From the IMG/VR virus record IMGVR_UViG_3300043410_000754: a DNA stretch of 20,000 bases, one strand, 5' to 3'. Made by a program: the position numbers and the translations under genes. The notes below the pieces were generated by a model. That model made no database searches, had not been told where the DNA came from, and saw nothing but the letters and a program-made list of their open reading frames with translations. Every line of letters begins with the position of its first letter. Position 1 is the stretch's first letter. Source of the DNA: an uncultured virus (IMG/VR IMGVR_UViG_3300043410_000754) (taxonomy: Duplodnaviria; Heunggongvirae; Uroviricota; Caudoviricetes). This document shows positions 1-6,423 of the stretch, piece after piece.

Positions 1-132
1 GTCCAAGGCATGAGCCTTGGTTTTCGCGTGACGGCCCGCGTTGCGGAAAGGCTTTTGCACCAGTTCCCGCACGACAGGGTTACGCCCGCGACTGCGTGGC
101 TTTCCATTCTTTGAGTTTCCTAATCGCCTCAT
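1..132 (-). CDS. small basic hypothetical protein, runs off window edge (MRRLGNSKNGKPRSRGRNPVVRELVQKPFRNAGRHAKTK...)
   Basis: Hand-translated; ATG at 132 preceded by GGAG; frame open to position 1; same strand as the rest of the array. Confidence 0.5.
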   Translation of the reverse strand, partial: MRRLGNSKNGKPRSRGRNPVVRELVQKPFRNAGRHAKTKAHALD

Positions 133-271
133 TCCTGACTCCTTCGTTCTCAAGTATCTCGCGCATCATGTGTGCCGTCACGTTGCGTTCGTGGTGGTAC
201 TTCAACGCTTGACCCGTGGCGAGAACCGCCCAGGCAAACAGACCTAACTCTGTTAGGGTAACTTCAATCAT
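80..271 (-). CDS. small hypothetical protein with N-terminal hydrophobic segment
   Basis: ORF 80..286 trimmed to ATG 271 (GGAG SD; ATGA overlap with upstream stop); LGLFAWAVLATG hydrophobic stretch. Confidence 0.65.
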   Translation of the reverse strand: MIEVTLTELGLFAWAVLATGQALKYHHERNVTAHMMREILENEGVRNEAIRKLKEWKATQSRA

Positions 272-402
272 TTTTTCTCCTTCCATCCGATCTCTTTATT
301 CAACCACCCGATACCGATCCACACTCCCTCGGTGTCGTTCTTCCCAAACGCAAGCACAGGCCACACAAGCCAGTGCGGTTGGTTCTTCTCAAAGTACATC
401 AT
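268..402 (-). CDS. 44-aa Trp-rich hypothetical protein (MMYFEKNQPHWLVWPVLAFGKNDTEGVWIGIGWLNKEIGWKEKK)
   Basis: Not in ORF track; ATGA overlaps at both ends; AAGGAG upstream. Confidence 0.65.
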   Translation of the reverse strand: MMYFEKNQPHWLVWPVLAFGKNDTEGVWIGIGWLNKEIGWKEKK

Positions 403-1436
403 GCTTCTTTCTCCTTCAATGAATACTTCTCGTCCTCGCATATCCAGTTGGCGTACTGCGGGTTGGGGATTCTCCCACTATTCAACTTGATCTTCTCAAG
501 CACCTCGTCTGCATGCCAGCGCATGAGGATCAAGTCATACAGTCTCGGCAACATCTTCAACTCCCTGCGAATCACCCGCTGGTCCTCCATGTTCAGGGTT
601 GTCTTGAATGTCACCAACGCTATCGCCGCCTTGTAGAACTGCTCCGTGTCACCAGACTCAATCCACCCAAAGAACTTCTCACCTGCACTGCGGTACTCGG
701 CAATCGCCTCGAATCTTTTGGCATCCGTGTACCCCGAATGGGTGAACGCATAATTCTCATACGGTCGCAGGTTCAAGCACTCGAACTGCTCCGTGTTCAC
801 CCACTGCGCTGTGTGAAACCTAACGGTCGTACCCAACAACTCACCAGCCTCAGCGGCTGTGTACTCCACACACGCCAGCTCCCCTCGGTGCGTACTCACG
901 TGCGCCTTGCGCAGGTTGAGGAACCCTTTGAAGTAGTCGGCGAACGCCTTGTACTTGGCCCTAACATTGTTAGCCGCCTTGCGGTTAAGCCGGTACCCAT
1001 AGCGAACCACGGGCGCATTAGCCAGGGACAACTCCCCGTCCAACGATCGCAACTCGATCCCGCCTTCGATCATGTGCTTCTCCTCCCCGAACTCGATGAG
1101 GGCATGGTTGCTCCGCGAGTAGCAACTCACGTTCAATACGCGCTCGATGAACATCCGTGTGGATACAGAGTTATACCCACCCATGTCGATCTTGATCTCG
1201 GTGGTGTTCAGCACCCGCGCCATGTCCTTCGTGAACGTGATCACGGGAGTCCGGTACAACACAAACTGAACCGCGTCCCCATTCATACGTACGCTGTATG
1301 AGTCGGCATCACGCCGCGCACCCAACGGGCGCAACTCAGTAGCACGACCACGGATCGGTACACTATTCTCAAAGATTGCTTTCGCCTCGTTGTAGTCACG
1401 GCAACGCGGCACGTGCTTCACAGTTCTGTATCCCAT
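399..1436 (-). CDS. phage hypothetical protein, 345 aa
   Basis: Long ORF; GAGGAG SD; protein-like composition; no family recognised. Confidence 0.85.
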   Translation of the reverse strand: MGYRTVKHVPRCRDYNEAKAIFENSVPIRGRATELRPLGARRDADSYSVRMNGDAVQFVLYRTPVITFTKDMARVLNTTEIKIDMGGYNSVSTRMFIERVLNVSCYSRSNHALIEFGEEKHMIEGGIELRSLDGELSLANAPVVRYGYRLNRKAANNVRAKYKAFADYFKGFLNLRKAHVSTHRGELACVEYTAAEAGELLGTTVRFHTAQWVNTEQFECLNLRPYENYAFTHSGYTDAKRFEAIAEYRSAGEKFFGWIESGDTEQFYKAAIALVTFKTTLNMEDQRVIRRELKMLPRLYDLILMRWHADEVLEKIKLNSGRIPNPQYANWICEDEKYSLKEKEA

Positions 1437-1439
1437 CTC

Positions 1440-1598
1440 TCACTCCTCTGAATAAAGCGGCAAGTAAAACAATGCCTCTTGGTTTGTCTTGAACCCTCGG
1501 GCTAGGATTTCCCAGTCCCCAGTCACATGCGGTATCAGCCTCGCCACTACCGCATCCTTGGATATAGGCAACCGCAGGATGCACCACTCCTCATCCAT
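1440..1598 (-). CDS. 52-aa micro-protein, paralog of 1591..1788 (MDEEWCILRLPISKDAVVARLIPHVTGDWEILARGFKTNQEALFYLPLYSEE)
   Basis: Not in ORF track; hand-translated; shares EEW-I-R-P-SK and LARGFK--QEA--YLPLY with its neighbour. Confidence 0.8.
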   Translation of the reverse strand: MDEEWCILRLPISKDAVVARLIPHVTGDWEILARGFKTNQEALFYLPLYSEE

Positions 1599-1788
1599 CT
1601 TCTGCCCCCTCGTTGTAAAGCGGCAAGTAGAGTCTTGCCTCTTGGACTGACTTGAAACCTCGGGCTAACAATGTTAGGGAAGGATAGAAGGGTATGGGGT
1701 CCTCTAGGCCGTACATCCTCAACACCACCAGCTCCTTCGACCTGGGCATGCGCATGATTACCCATTCCTCCTTCTTCTCATCCATCAT
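1591..1788 (-). CDS. 65-aa micro-protein (early family)
   Basis: ORF with purine-rich SD; clear paralog of 1440..1598. Confidence 0.8.
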   Translation of the reverse strand: MMDEKKEEWVIMRMPRSKELVVLRMYGLEDPIPFYPSLTLLARGFKSVQEARLYLPLYNEGAEDG

Positions 1789-2047
1789 CCTTCCCCTCGA
1801 TCAGTGCCTTCATCTGCTCAAGCGATTCCTTGTCCTCACTCTCGGCGAGGAACGTGTACGTTAGCCCATGCAACGCTTGGACGGTCGGCCCCTTGTTCCG
1901 TTCCCAATGTATGCCCTTCTGCCACGCCGCTTTGCTCCGCACAAAGTAGCGGATTCTGGGGATGCTATGCAGGTGCACAAAAAACTTAGTGACCTGCCTC
2001 TCCGTCTTGAACAGCACCCACACTCGGTTGCGAAACCGACCCATCAC
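1778..2047 (-). CDS. 89-aa hypothetical protein (early family-like)
   Basis: Overlaps upstream stop by 4 nt; RVWVLFK near N-terminus, acidic C-terminus. Confidence 0.7.
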   Translation of the reverse strand: MMGRFRNRVWVLFKTERQVTKFFVHLHSIPRIRYFVRSKAAWQKGIHWERNKGPTVQALHGLTYTFLAESEDKESLEQMKALIEGKDDG

Positions 2048-2208
2048 CCGCCCCGTAACGCATACACCTTCACCATCTTGAGCGTGGGGTACTGCGTCAC
2101 GAACCGCTCACGTGCGGCCTCTCGGTTCCTGCACTCGTACGATTCAGTCATCCAATGCCCGAACCGAGCGCTCCACCCTGCCACCATGTATCTGCACATT
2201 CCACTCAT
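2044..2208 (-). CDS. 54-aa hypothetical protein
   Basis: ORF 2044..2238 trimmed to ATG 2208 (GGAGGAG SD, ATGA overlap). Confidence 0.7.
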   Translation of the reverse strand: MSGMCRYMVAGWSARFGHWMTESYECRNREAARERFVTQYPTLKMVKVYALRGG

Positions 2209-2528
2209 GACTCCTCCTTCTCGTGCGTCAGCATGCACATCTGCAATGCAGACTCCTCAGTCTCTAGTACACACACCTCGACCACGATGTCCGGCTTTAT
2301 GTCCACGGCATCGGATGTTTTGTACGTCTCCCATGCCTCCGTCTCGATGTAGTAGCACAGCCGGTTGTCCCTGCCTTGGTTTAGTCGGTGATCGGGGTTG
2401 GCCTTCAACACCGTCCAGCTTCCCGCAGGTCTGCGCCACACGTCACGGTCGCCATTCCCACGGTCCATGTACAGGCTCAGCTTCGGCCTGCCCGAACTCG
2501 ATTGTGAAATCATCAGTTTCATCATCAC
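2205..2528 (-). CDS. 107-aa hypothetical protein (early family-like C-terminus)
   Basis: GAGGAG SD; coupled to both neighbours. Confidence 0.7.
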   Translation of the reverse strand: MMMKLMISQSSSGRPKLSLYMDRGNGDRDVWRRPAGSWTVLKANPDHRLNQGRDNRLCYYIETEAWETYKTSDAVDIKPDIVVEVCVLETEESALQMCMLTHEKEES

Positions 2529-2722
2529 TCCTCATCTTGCAACAGCTTGATCATCTGCTCGACCTCTGCGTGTGTTCCTCGGAACAGCACCTCTCGAACG
2601 TAGTGGTCCTGCGGGTCGCGGTTCCCAAACAACCCCGCACTGCATCGGTAGTACAGCTTAGAGCGTGGATCGCTCCCATCCTTGCGCGTACGCCGGTACA
2701 GCACCCACTCATCCTCTAACAT
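2525..2722 (-). CDS. 65-aa micro-protein (MLEDEWVLYRR...)
   Basis: ATG lies inside the CTAACAATGTTAG palindrome; GAGG SD. Confidence 0.7.
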   Translation of the reverse strand: MLEDEWVLYRRTRKDGSDPRSKLYYRCSAGLFGNRDPQDHYVREVLFRGTHAEVEQMIKLLQDEE

Positions 2723-2891
2723 TGTTAGCCTCACGCTCGGCGAGCACCCCGATCAACTCCTTCATGTGCGGAGCGATCATCACCGCCACGCTTACAAACT
2801 CGGGCACCAAGATTAGTTTCTTGCGCAGGTACGTGTCCTTGCAGATCACTCGCACTAGTTCCCCGACTTTCTCAAGTTCTTCGTGTGTCAT
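2709..2891 (-). CDS. 60-aa hypothetical protein
   Basis: ATGA overlap with upstream gene; AGGT SD. Confidence 0.65.
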   Translation of the reverse strand: MTHEELEKVGELVRVICKDTYLRKKLILVPEFVSVAVMIAPHMKELIGVLAEREANNVRG

Positions 2892-3049
2892 TCTGTCACC
2901 TGCTTTTCTTGTATCCAGTAGATATACCCACGCCCGTCATCCGCGTCCTTCATGTGGCGCAGATGTGTCTCAGCTAGCACTTTGTCGATGAACAGCGCCT
3001 CGATATGGGCCTTCTCGGTATCGCTTTCCCACAGAATCCAAACCGTCAT
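2888..3049 (-). CDS. 53-aa hypothetical protein (MTVWILWESD...)
   Basis: ORF 2888..3088 trimmed to ATG 3049; GAGGAG SD; ATGA overlap. Confidence 0.7.
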   Translation of the reverse strand: MTVWILWESDTEKAHIEALFIDKVLAETHLRHMKDADDGRGYIYWIQEKQVTE

Positions 3050-3195
3050 TCCATCTCCTCCAATTCCCCGCACAGGGCGAGTATCCATATCTCCATCTCC
3101 ACAGCCTCCTCGGTCTTTCCCGCATCGCGGAGCGCCTCGGCTAACTTCATCCCCGCGTCATGTACGCGTTGCACATCTCGTTTCTCTAGCTTCAC
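3046..3195 (-). CDS. 49-aa hypothetical protein (MKLEKRDVQRVHDAGMKLAEALRDAGKTEEAVEMEIWILALCGELEEME)
   Basis: Not in ORF track; GTG start overlapping upstream TGA; GAGG SD; fills the gap exactly. Confidence 0.65.
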   Translation of the reverse strand: MKLEKRDVQRVHDAGMKLAEALRDAGKTEEAVEMEIWILALCGELEEME

Positions 3196-3380
3196 TTCGC
3201 ACCTCTGATCGTCACCGTCGATTGAATTCGCGCCCGCAGGATCACGGCCTTCATGTAGTGATTCACCGCCGACTTGAACTCGGCCTCGTCCATGTCACCG
3301 ATCTCCAGCATCTCGTCCAGGTGTTCCATCGCCACCTTGAGCGCGTCCAGCTCGGCTGTGTAGTCTGTTCTTTTCTCCAT
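3192..3380 (-). CDS. 62-aa acidic helical hypothetical protein (MEKRTDY...)
   Basis: GGAG SD before ATG 3380; an alternative in-frame start exists at 3497 inside the palindrome. Confidence 0.65.
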   Translation of the reverse strand: MEKRTDYTAELDALKVAMEHLDEMLEIGDMDEAEFKSAVNHYMKAVILRARIQSTVTIRGAK

Positions 3381-3537
3381 GCTCCAGCTCCTTGAGAATA
3401 CGTTTCCAATCAACTCGTCCAATGAACCACCCGAACAGCTTGCGGTCGCAGTCTTGGCACAGCAACTCCGGGTTATCTCCGTTGTCCCCGCTAACATTGT
3501 TAGGGCTGGGGCGGTTCCTCTCGTTCGTCTCCCCCAT
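3295..3537 (-). CDS. hypothetical protein with CxxC (LCQDCDRKLFGWF)
   Basis: GGAGG SD before ATG 3537; overlaps both neighbours, so uncertain. Confidence 0.45.
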   Translation of the reverse strand: MGETNERNRPSPNNVSGDNGDNPELLCQDCDRKLFGWFIGRVDWKRILKELEHGEKNRLHSRAGRAQGGDGTPGRDAGDR

Positions 3538-3727
3538 TCGCAAGCCTCCACATCATGTCCATGCGATCCCGTAGCGCCTTGGTCCGCTCCGGGTACAGAT
3601 CGAGAAGCGCTCGGCCCACCGGGAAACAGTTGTCCCCGCGTTGCGCCATGTGTACTGCGGCCTCGCCCAGTACTGCGTCCAGGTCGATGATCAACCTGCC
3701 TAGTCCTTCACCTTGGTGCATACTCAT
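3500..3727 (-). CDS. 75-aa hypothetical protein
   Basis: ATGA overlap at 3724-3727; its TAA stop lies inside the palindrome at 3491-3503. Confidence 0.65.
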   Translation of the reverse strand: MSMHQGEGLGRLIIDLDAVLGEAAVHMAQRGDNCFPVGRALLDLYPERTKALRDRMDMMWRLANGGDEREEPPQP

Positions 3728-4059
3728 CCTTCCCTGTTTTTGTGTTCTTCCGGCAGGAACTGCGCGTACGACCTGTCTGCCGCATCCCGGTCTTGCACCT
3801 CTGCCGCCTTGTCGTTGGTCATCAGCGCCGCGTACTTCAACAGCTTGGCTCGGTCCTGGCTCTTGTGCAGGATGCTCCACTTGCCGAAATACGCAGTTGG
3901 CCTGACATCTACCCCGATCCCATCGTATTTCTTGGCATCCGTCAGCCGGGTCACGCGCACCTCGCCATCGTCGGCATCCCGGATCATCACGTAAAAGTGA
4001 CGGACTTTGCGTACAGATTCCTTGTTATAGGCTGTATTCGCTTGTGGATTCTCTAACAT
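3724..4059 (-). CDS. 111-aa hypothetical protein
   Basis: ATG inside palindrome 4053-4065, 2 nt after the upstream TAA. Confidence 0.7.
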   Translation of the reverse strand: MLENPQANTAYNKESVRKVRHFYVMIRDADDGEVRVTRLTDAKKYDGIGVDVRPTAYFGKWSILHKSQDRAKLLKYAALMTNDKAAEVQDRDAADRSYAQFLPEEHKNREG

Positions 4060-4061
4060 TG

Positions 4062-4313
4062 TTAGTCCTTTTCTTCCGCTAGCTGGACCATTTGTAACGC
4101 TGTCGCATGGTCGTCGTGCATGCTGACAACAGGATGGTCACGCACCCATTGCCCGATGTACTCGTTGGTCATCACCGACTCGCCCGAACCAGCCAGCCTC
4201 TGGATGTGCCCGATGTACTCTGCCGCTCGCGTCACATACATACGACTCTCGCCGTTGCTCAGGTAGTACTTAATGACTAAGTACAGTTGGTTGTGTGCCT
4301 TGTTCCCTAACAT
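4062..4313 (-). CDS. 83-aa hypothetical protein (MLGNKAHNQLYLVIK...)
   Basis: GGAGGAG SD; start and stop codons both lie inside palindrome copies. Confidence 0.75.
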   Translation of the reverse strand: MLGNKAHNQLYLVIKYYLSNGESRMYVTRAAEYIGHIQRLAGSGESVMTNEYIGQWVRDHPVVSMHDDHATALQMVQLAEEKD

Positions 4314-4315
4314 TG

Positions 4316-4507
4316 TTACTCCTCCCTCGTCAGCGCCACGAACCGCAACGCCTCGTCCTCGGTCAGCCCCTCGGCAACCACCTCGGCAACCAAGTCCTTG
4401 ATCACCTCTGGGCGTACCTTCCAGCCATCCCATCGCTTCTGGGTAATAGCCTGCAACCAACCAGACTTCAGCCGGTACACGACCCAGTCGGCATCGTTGG
4501 TTCTCAT
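4316..4507 (-). CDS. 63-aa micro-protein (early family)
   Basis: ORF; ADWVVYR and EVVAEGLTEDEALRFVAL motifs. Confidence 0.75.
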   Translation of the reverse strand: MRTNDADWVVYRLKSGWLQAITQKRWDGWKVRPEVIKDLVAEVVAEGLTEDEALRFVALTREE

Positions 4508-4508
4508 T

Positions 4509-4739
4509 TCATCCCCTGGGTTGCTTCTGGTTGGTGTTCTTGAGCGAGACGAACGCGCTCTCGGTTGTTACGTATTGGTAGTTACCCTTGCCGTATTCCT
4601 GGATCACGCACCAGGATGCACGTTCGGTACGTGCGGCATCTTCACCGCAGAAAAGGCAATGGCGGTAGCCGAGTTGCCAGCGCTCGATGCGAACCTCGTC
4701 GCCGCATGACACACATTCTTTCCAATCTAGGTCTAACAT
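4509..4739 (-). CDS. C4 zinc-finger protein (DksA/TraR-finger-like spacing)
   Basis: CVSCGDEVRIERWQLGYRHCLFC; GGAG SD; first gene after the sigma70 promoter. Confidence 0.75.
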   Translation of the reverse strand: MLDLDWKECVSCGDEVRIERWQLGYRHCLFCGEDAARTERASWCVIQEYGKGNYQYVTTESAFVSLKNTNQKQPRG

Positions 4740-4782
4740 TGTTAGGGCTCCGGTTTGTTGATGAATTTCATTGTTTTCTTAT

Positions 4783-4811
4783 ATTGTACCATAATGTTAT
4801 GTAAATGTCAA
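4783..4811 (-). promoter_or_regulatory. strong sigma70-type early promoter
   Basis: Minus strand TTGACA (4811-4806), 17 nt, TACAAT (4788-4783), with TGn extended -10. Confidence 0.85.
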
Positions 4812-4980
4812 GTGTTGTGGCTTCGGGTGAGGCAAGAGCAGAGTAAAGAAACATAACAATGTTAGGTGAGCAGGCACTAACCAAAATAAACGTAACAATA
4901 GCTTTGTTATGAAATGAGGTGGGGAATGTGATAAAAATAATGTAACATTGTGATGAAACGTAACAGGAAACGTAACGCGC

Positions 4981-4993
4981 TAAGTTGTTGATT
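4981..4993 (-). promoter_or_regulatory. IHF consensus site
   Basis: Reverse complement AATCAACAACTTA matches WATCAANNNNTTR. Confidence 0.6.
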
Positions 4994-5178
4994 TGATTGA
5001 AGAAAATGATGTTTGTTGATATATTGTTATAAAGTTACGTGTTTTTTAAAGTATGAGTGTGGCCTGCAAAAATTGGTGAGGTGCGAACTGCACTTGCTGA
5101 CACCCTCGGTCTTGAAAAAGTTCTCTCTTAATTTGCCAAAAAAACGTAACATGTAACATTAGGCGTTTTTTCCTTTAA

Positions 5179-5191
5179 AATCAACGACTTA
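5179..5191 (+). promoter_or_regulatory. IHF consensus site
   Basis: AATCAACGACTTA matches WATCAANNNNTTR. Confidence 0.6.
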
Positions 5192-5251
5192 GCGTGTTAC
5201 GTTACGTTTTTGGAAATGTAACGCGTTACGTTTTCGCATAACATTGTTAGA

Positions 5252-5345
5252 CCCTAAGCCTACCCAGAGAACTGGTACATTTCCGTAACATCGTATTGTT
5301 ACGTTTCCACCGAGCCCCTAAGCCTATCCAGAGAACTGGTACATT
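5252..5345. repeat. 30-bp direct repeat pair with 34-bp spacer
   Basis: CCCTAAGCCTAyCCAGAGAACTGGTACATT at 5252-5281 and 5316-5345, one mismatch. Confidence 0.9.
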
Positions 5346-5410
5346 AGCCCTACGCGGGAATGAATAGAAACGTAACAATGCCCTAACATTGTTAGGGTGC
5401 AAAACGTAAC

Positions 5411-5446
5411 AAAGCAAAAAGCCCGCAGGGCGAACCTTGCGGGCTT
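5411..5446 (-). terminator. intrinsic terminator after 5466..5828
   Basis: Minus strand AAGCCCGCAAGG-TTCG-CCCTGCGGGCTT followed by TTTGCTTT. Confidence 0.85.
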
Positions 5447-5465
5447 GGGGTTAGGTGGGAATGGG

Positions 5466-5828
5466 TTAGTGCTTGGGCTGAACCTTCAGGCCGAGCCGAG
5501 CGTATTCCTCAGCCATGATAGGGTTGTTGGCCTGGACGGCGATGGTGGACACTAGATCGTAATCCTTCCAATTCATGCGCCCGGTTTGCTCGCAAGCCTC
5601 GGCCCACTTGAGAACCCGCAACAATGCCTGGGTGTCCAGTTTGTGCTCGCCGAGGGACTTGCCCAGGTTGATTTCATTTTCGACTAGCTCATGGCATAGG
5701 TTGATTGCCATACACGCGGCCTGGACGATCCCGGCGCGGGTCAGGGATACCGATTCCAAGATATCCATTAGGTCATCCGGGTTCGCGGGTGTCTGAAACA
5801 TGGGGAGAAAATCAATGGGGTTTTGCAT
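5466..5828 (-). CDS. 120-aa hypothetical protein
   Basis: ORF followed by terminator; GGA SD. Confidence 0.75.
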   Translation of the reverse strand: MQNPIDFLPMFQTPANPDDLMDILESVSLTRAGIVQAACMAINLCHELVENEINLGKSLGEHKLDTQALLRVLKWAEACEQTGRMNWKDYDLVSTIAVQANNPIMAEEYARLGLKVQPKH

Positions 5829-5870
5829 GGTGATTCCAGGGTAAGGGTAACAATGTTAGGGTGTGTGTCT

Positions 5871-5892
5871 CGGGCCGGGTTTCCCCGGCCCG
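5871..5892 (-). other. GC-rich GAAA-tetraloop hairpin without U-tract
   Basis: CGGGCCGGG-GAAA-CCCGGCCCG just after the stop of 5899..6423. Confidence 0.65.
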
Positions 5893-5898
5893 TCCCGA

Positions 5899-6423
5899 TT
5901 ACTTGACCATATTCAGATCAACACCCAGGGCCGCGAGGGCCGCGCAGATGTGGGCATGTGCGGCGCTTTGCTTTTCGTCCAGGTTGTTTTTACCTTCCTC
6001 ACGCTTGCATGCCTTGTGAAGTGCGGACAATTCCTCGACCATGCGCAAGGTCAACCCGCGCACTTGCTTAGCTCCGGCCTTGTCTCCCTCGCCCTCGCCG
6101 TCCTCGCCGTCCTCGCCGTCCTCGGACGCCTCGCCCTCGGCTAGCTTCGCGCCTTCTTGACGGACGCGAGTCCAGGCCACGCTCGGGTTAGAGTGTCCGG
6201 CCTTGCGCAAGGCATCCCGGAATTTTTGGCCTTCTTCTTGAATCGGCTTAGCCTCGGGGTCTTTGTCGTTGTACTCGAACGCGAACCAGTCGGACGCAAA
6301 GAAGCTAAACAAGTGTTCGGCGTAGGCGCGGGTCGCGCCGTATCCTCGCATAATGTCGCTGACAGTCTCGGCGCGGATGATATCCAGGGCGGACACTTCG
6401 GGGGTGATGATTTGATTTTGCAT
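5899..6423 (-). CDS. 174-aa hypothetical protein with acidic low-complexity linker
   Basis: GGAG SD; EDGEDGEDGEGEGD encoded by a 9-bp tandem repeat. Confidence 0.8.
   Translation of the reverse strand: MQNQIITPEVSALDIIRAETVSDIMRGYGATRAYAEHLFSFFASDWFAFEYNDKDPEAKPIQEEGQKFRDALRKAGHSNPSVAWTRVRQEGAKLAEGEASEDGEDGEDGEGEGDKAGAKQVRGLTLRMVEELSALHKACKREEGKNNLDEKQSAAHAHICAALAALGVDLNMVK

Larger units (their letters stand above)
4888..5411. repeat. cluster of AAACGTAAC / GTTACGTTT iteron-like repeats in AT-rich non-coding DNA
   Basis: AAACGTAAC at 4888, 4956, 4968, 5142, 5368, 5402; GTTACGTTT at 5201, 5225, 5298; further GTAAC/GTTAC half-copies. Confidence 0.9.

Noticed and set aside
1396..1587. ORF-track 63-aa minus ORF
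   Set aside because: The alternative frame 1440..1598 is supported by paralogy and fits the neighbouring genes better.
513..2719. Long plus-strand ORFs 513..1301 and 1868..2719
   Set aside because: Antisense shadows of the tightly coupled minus-strand genes; no convincing SD; unnatural composition.
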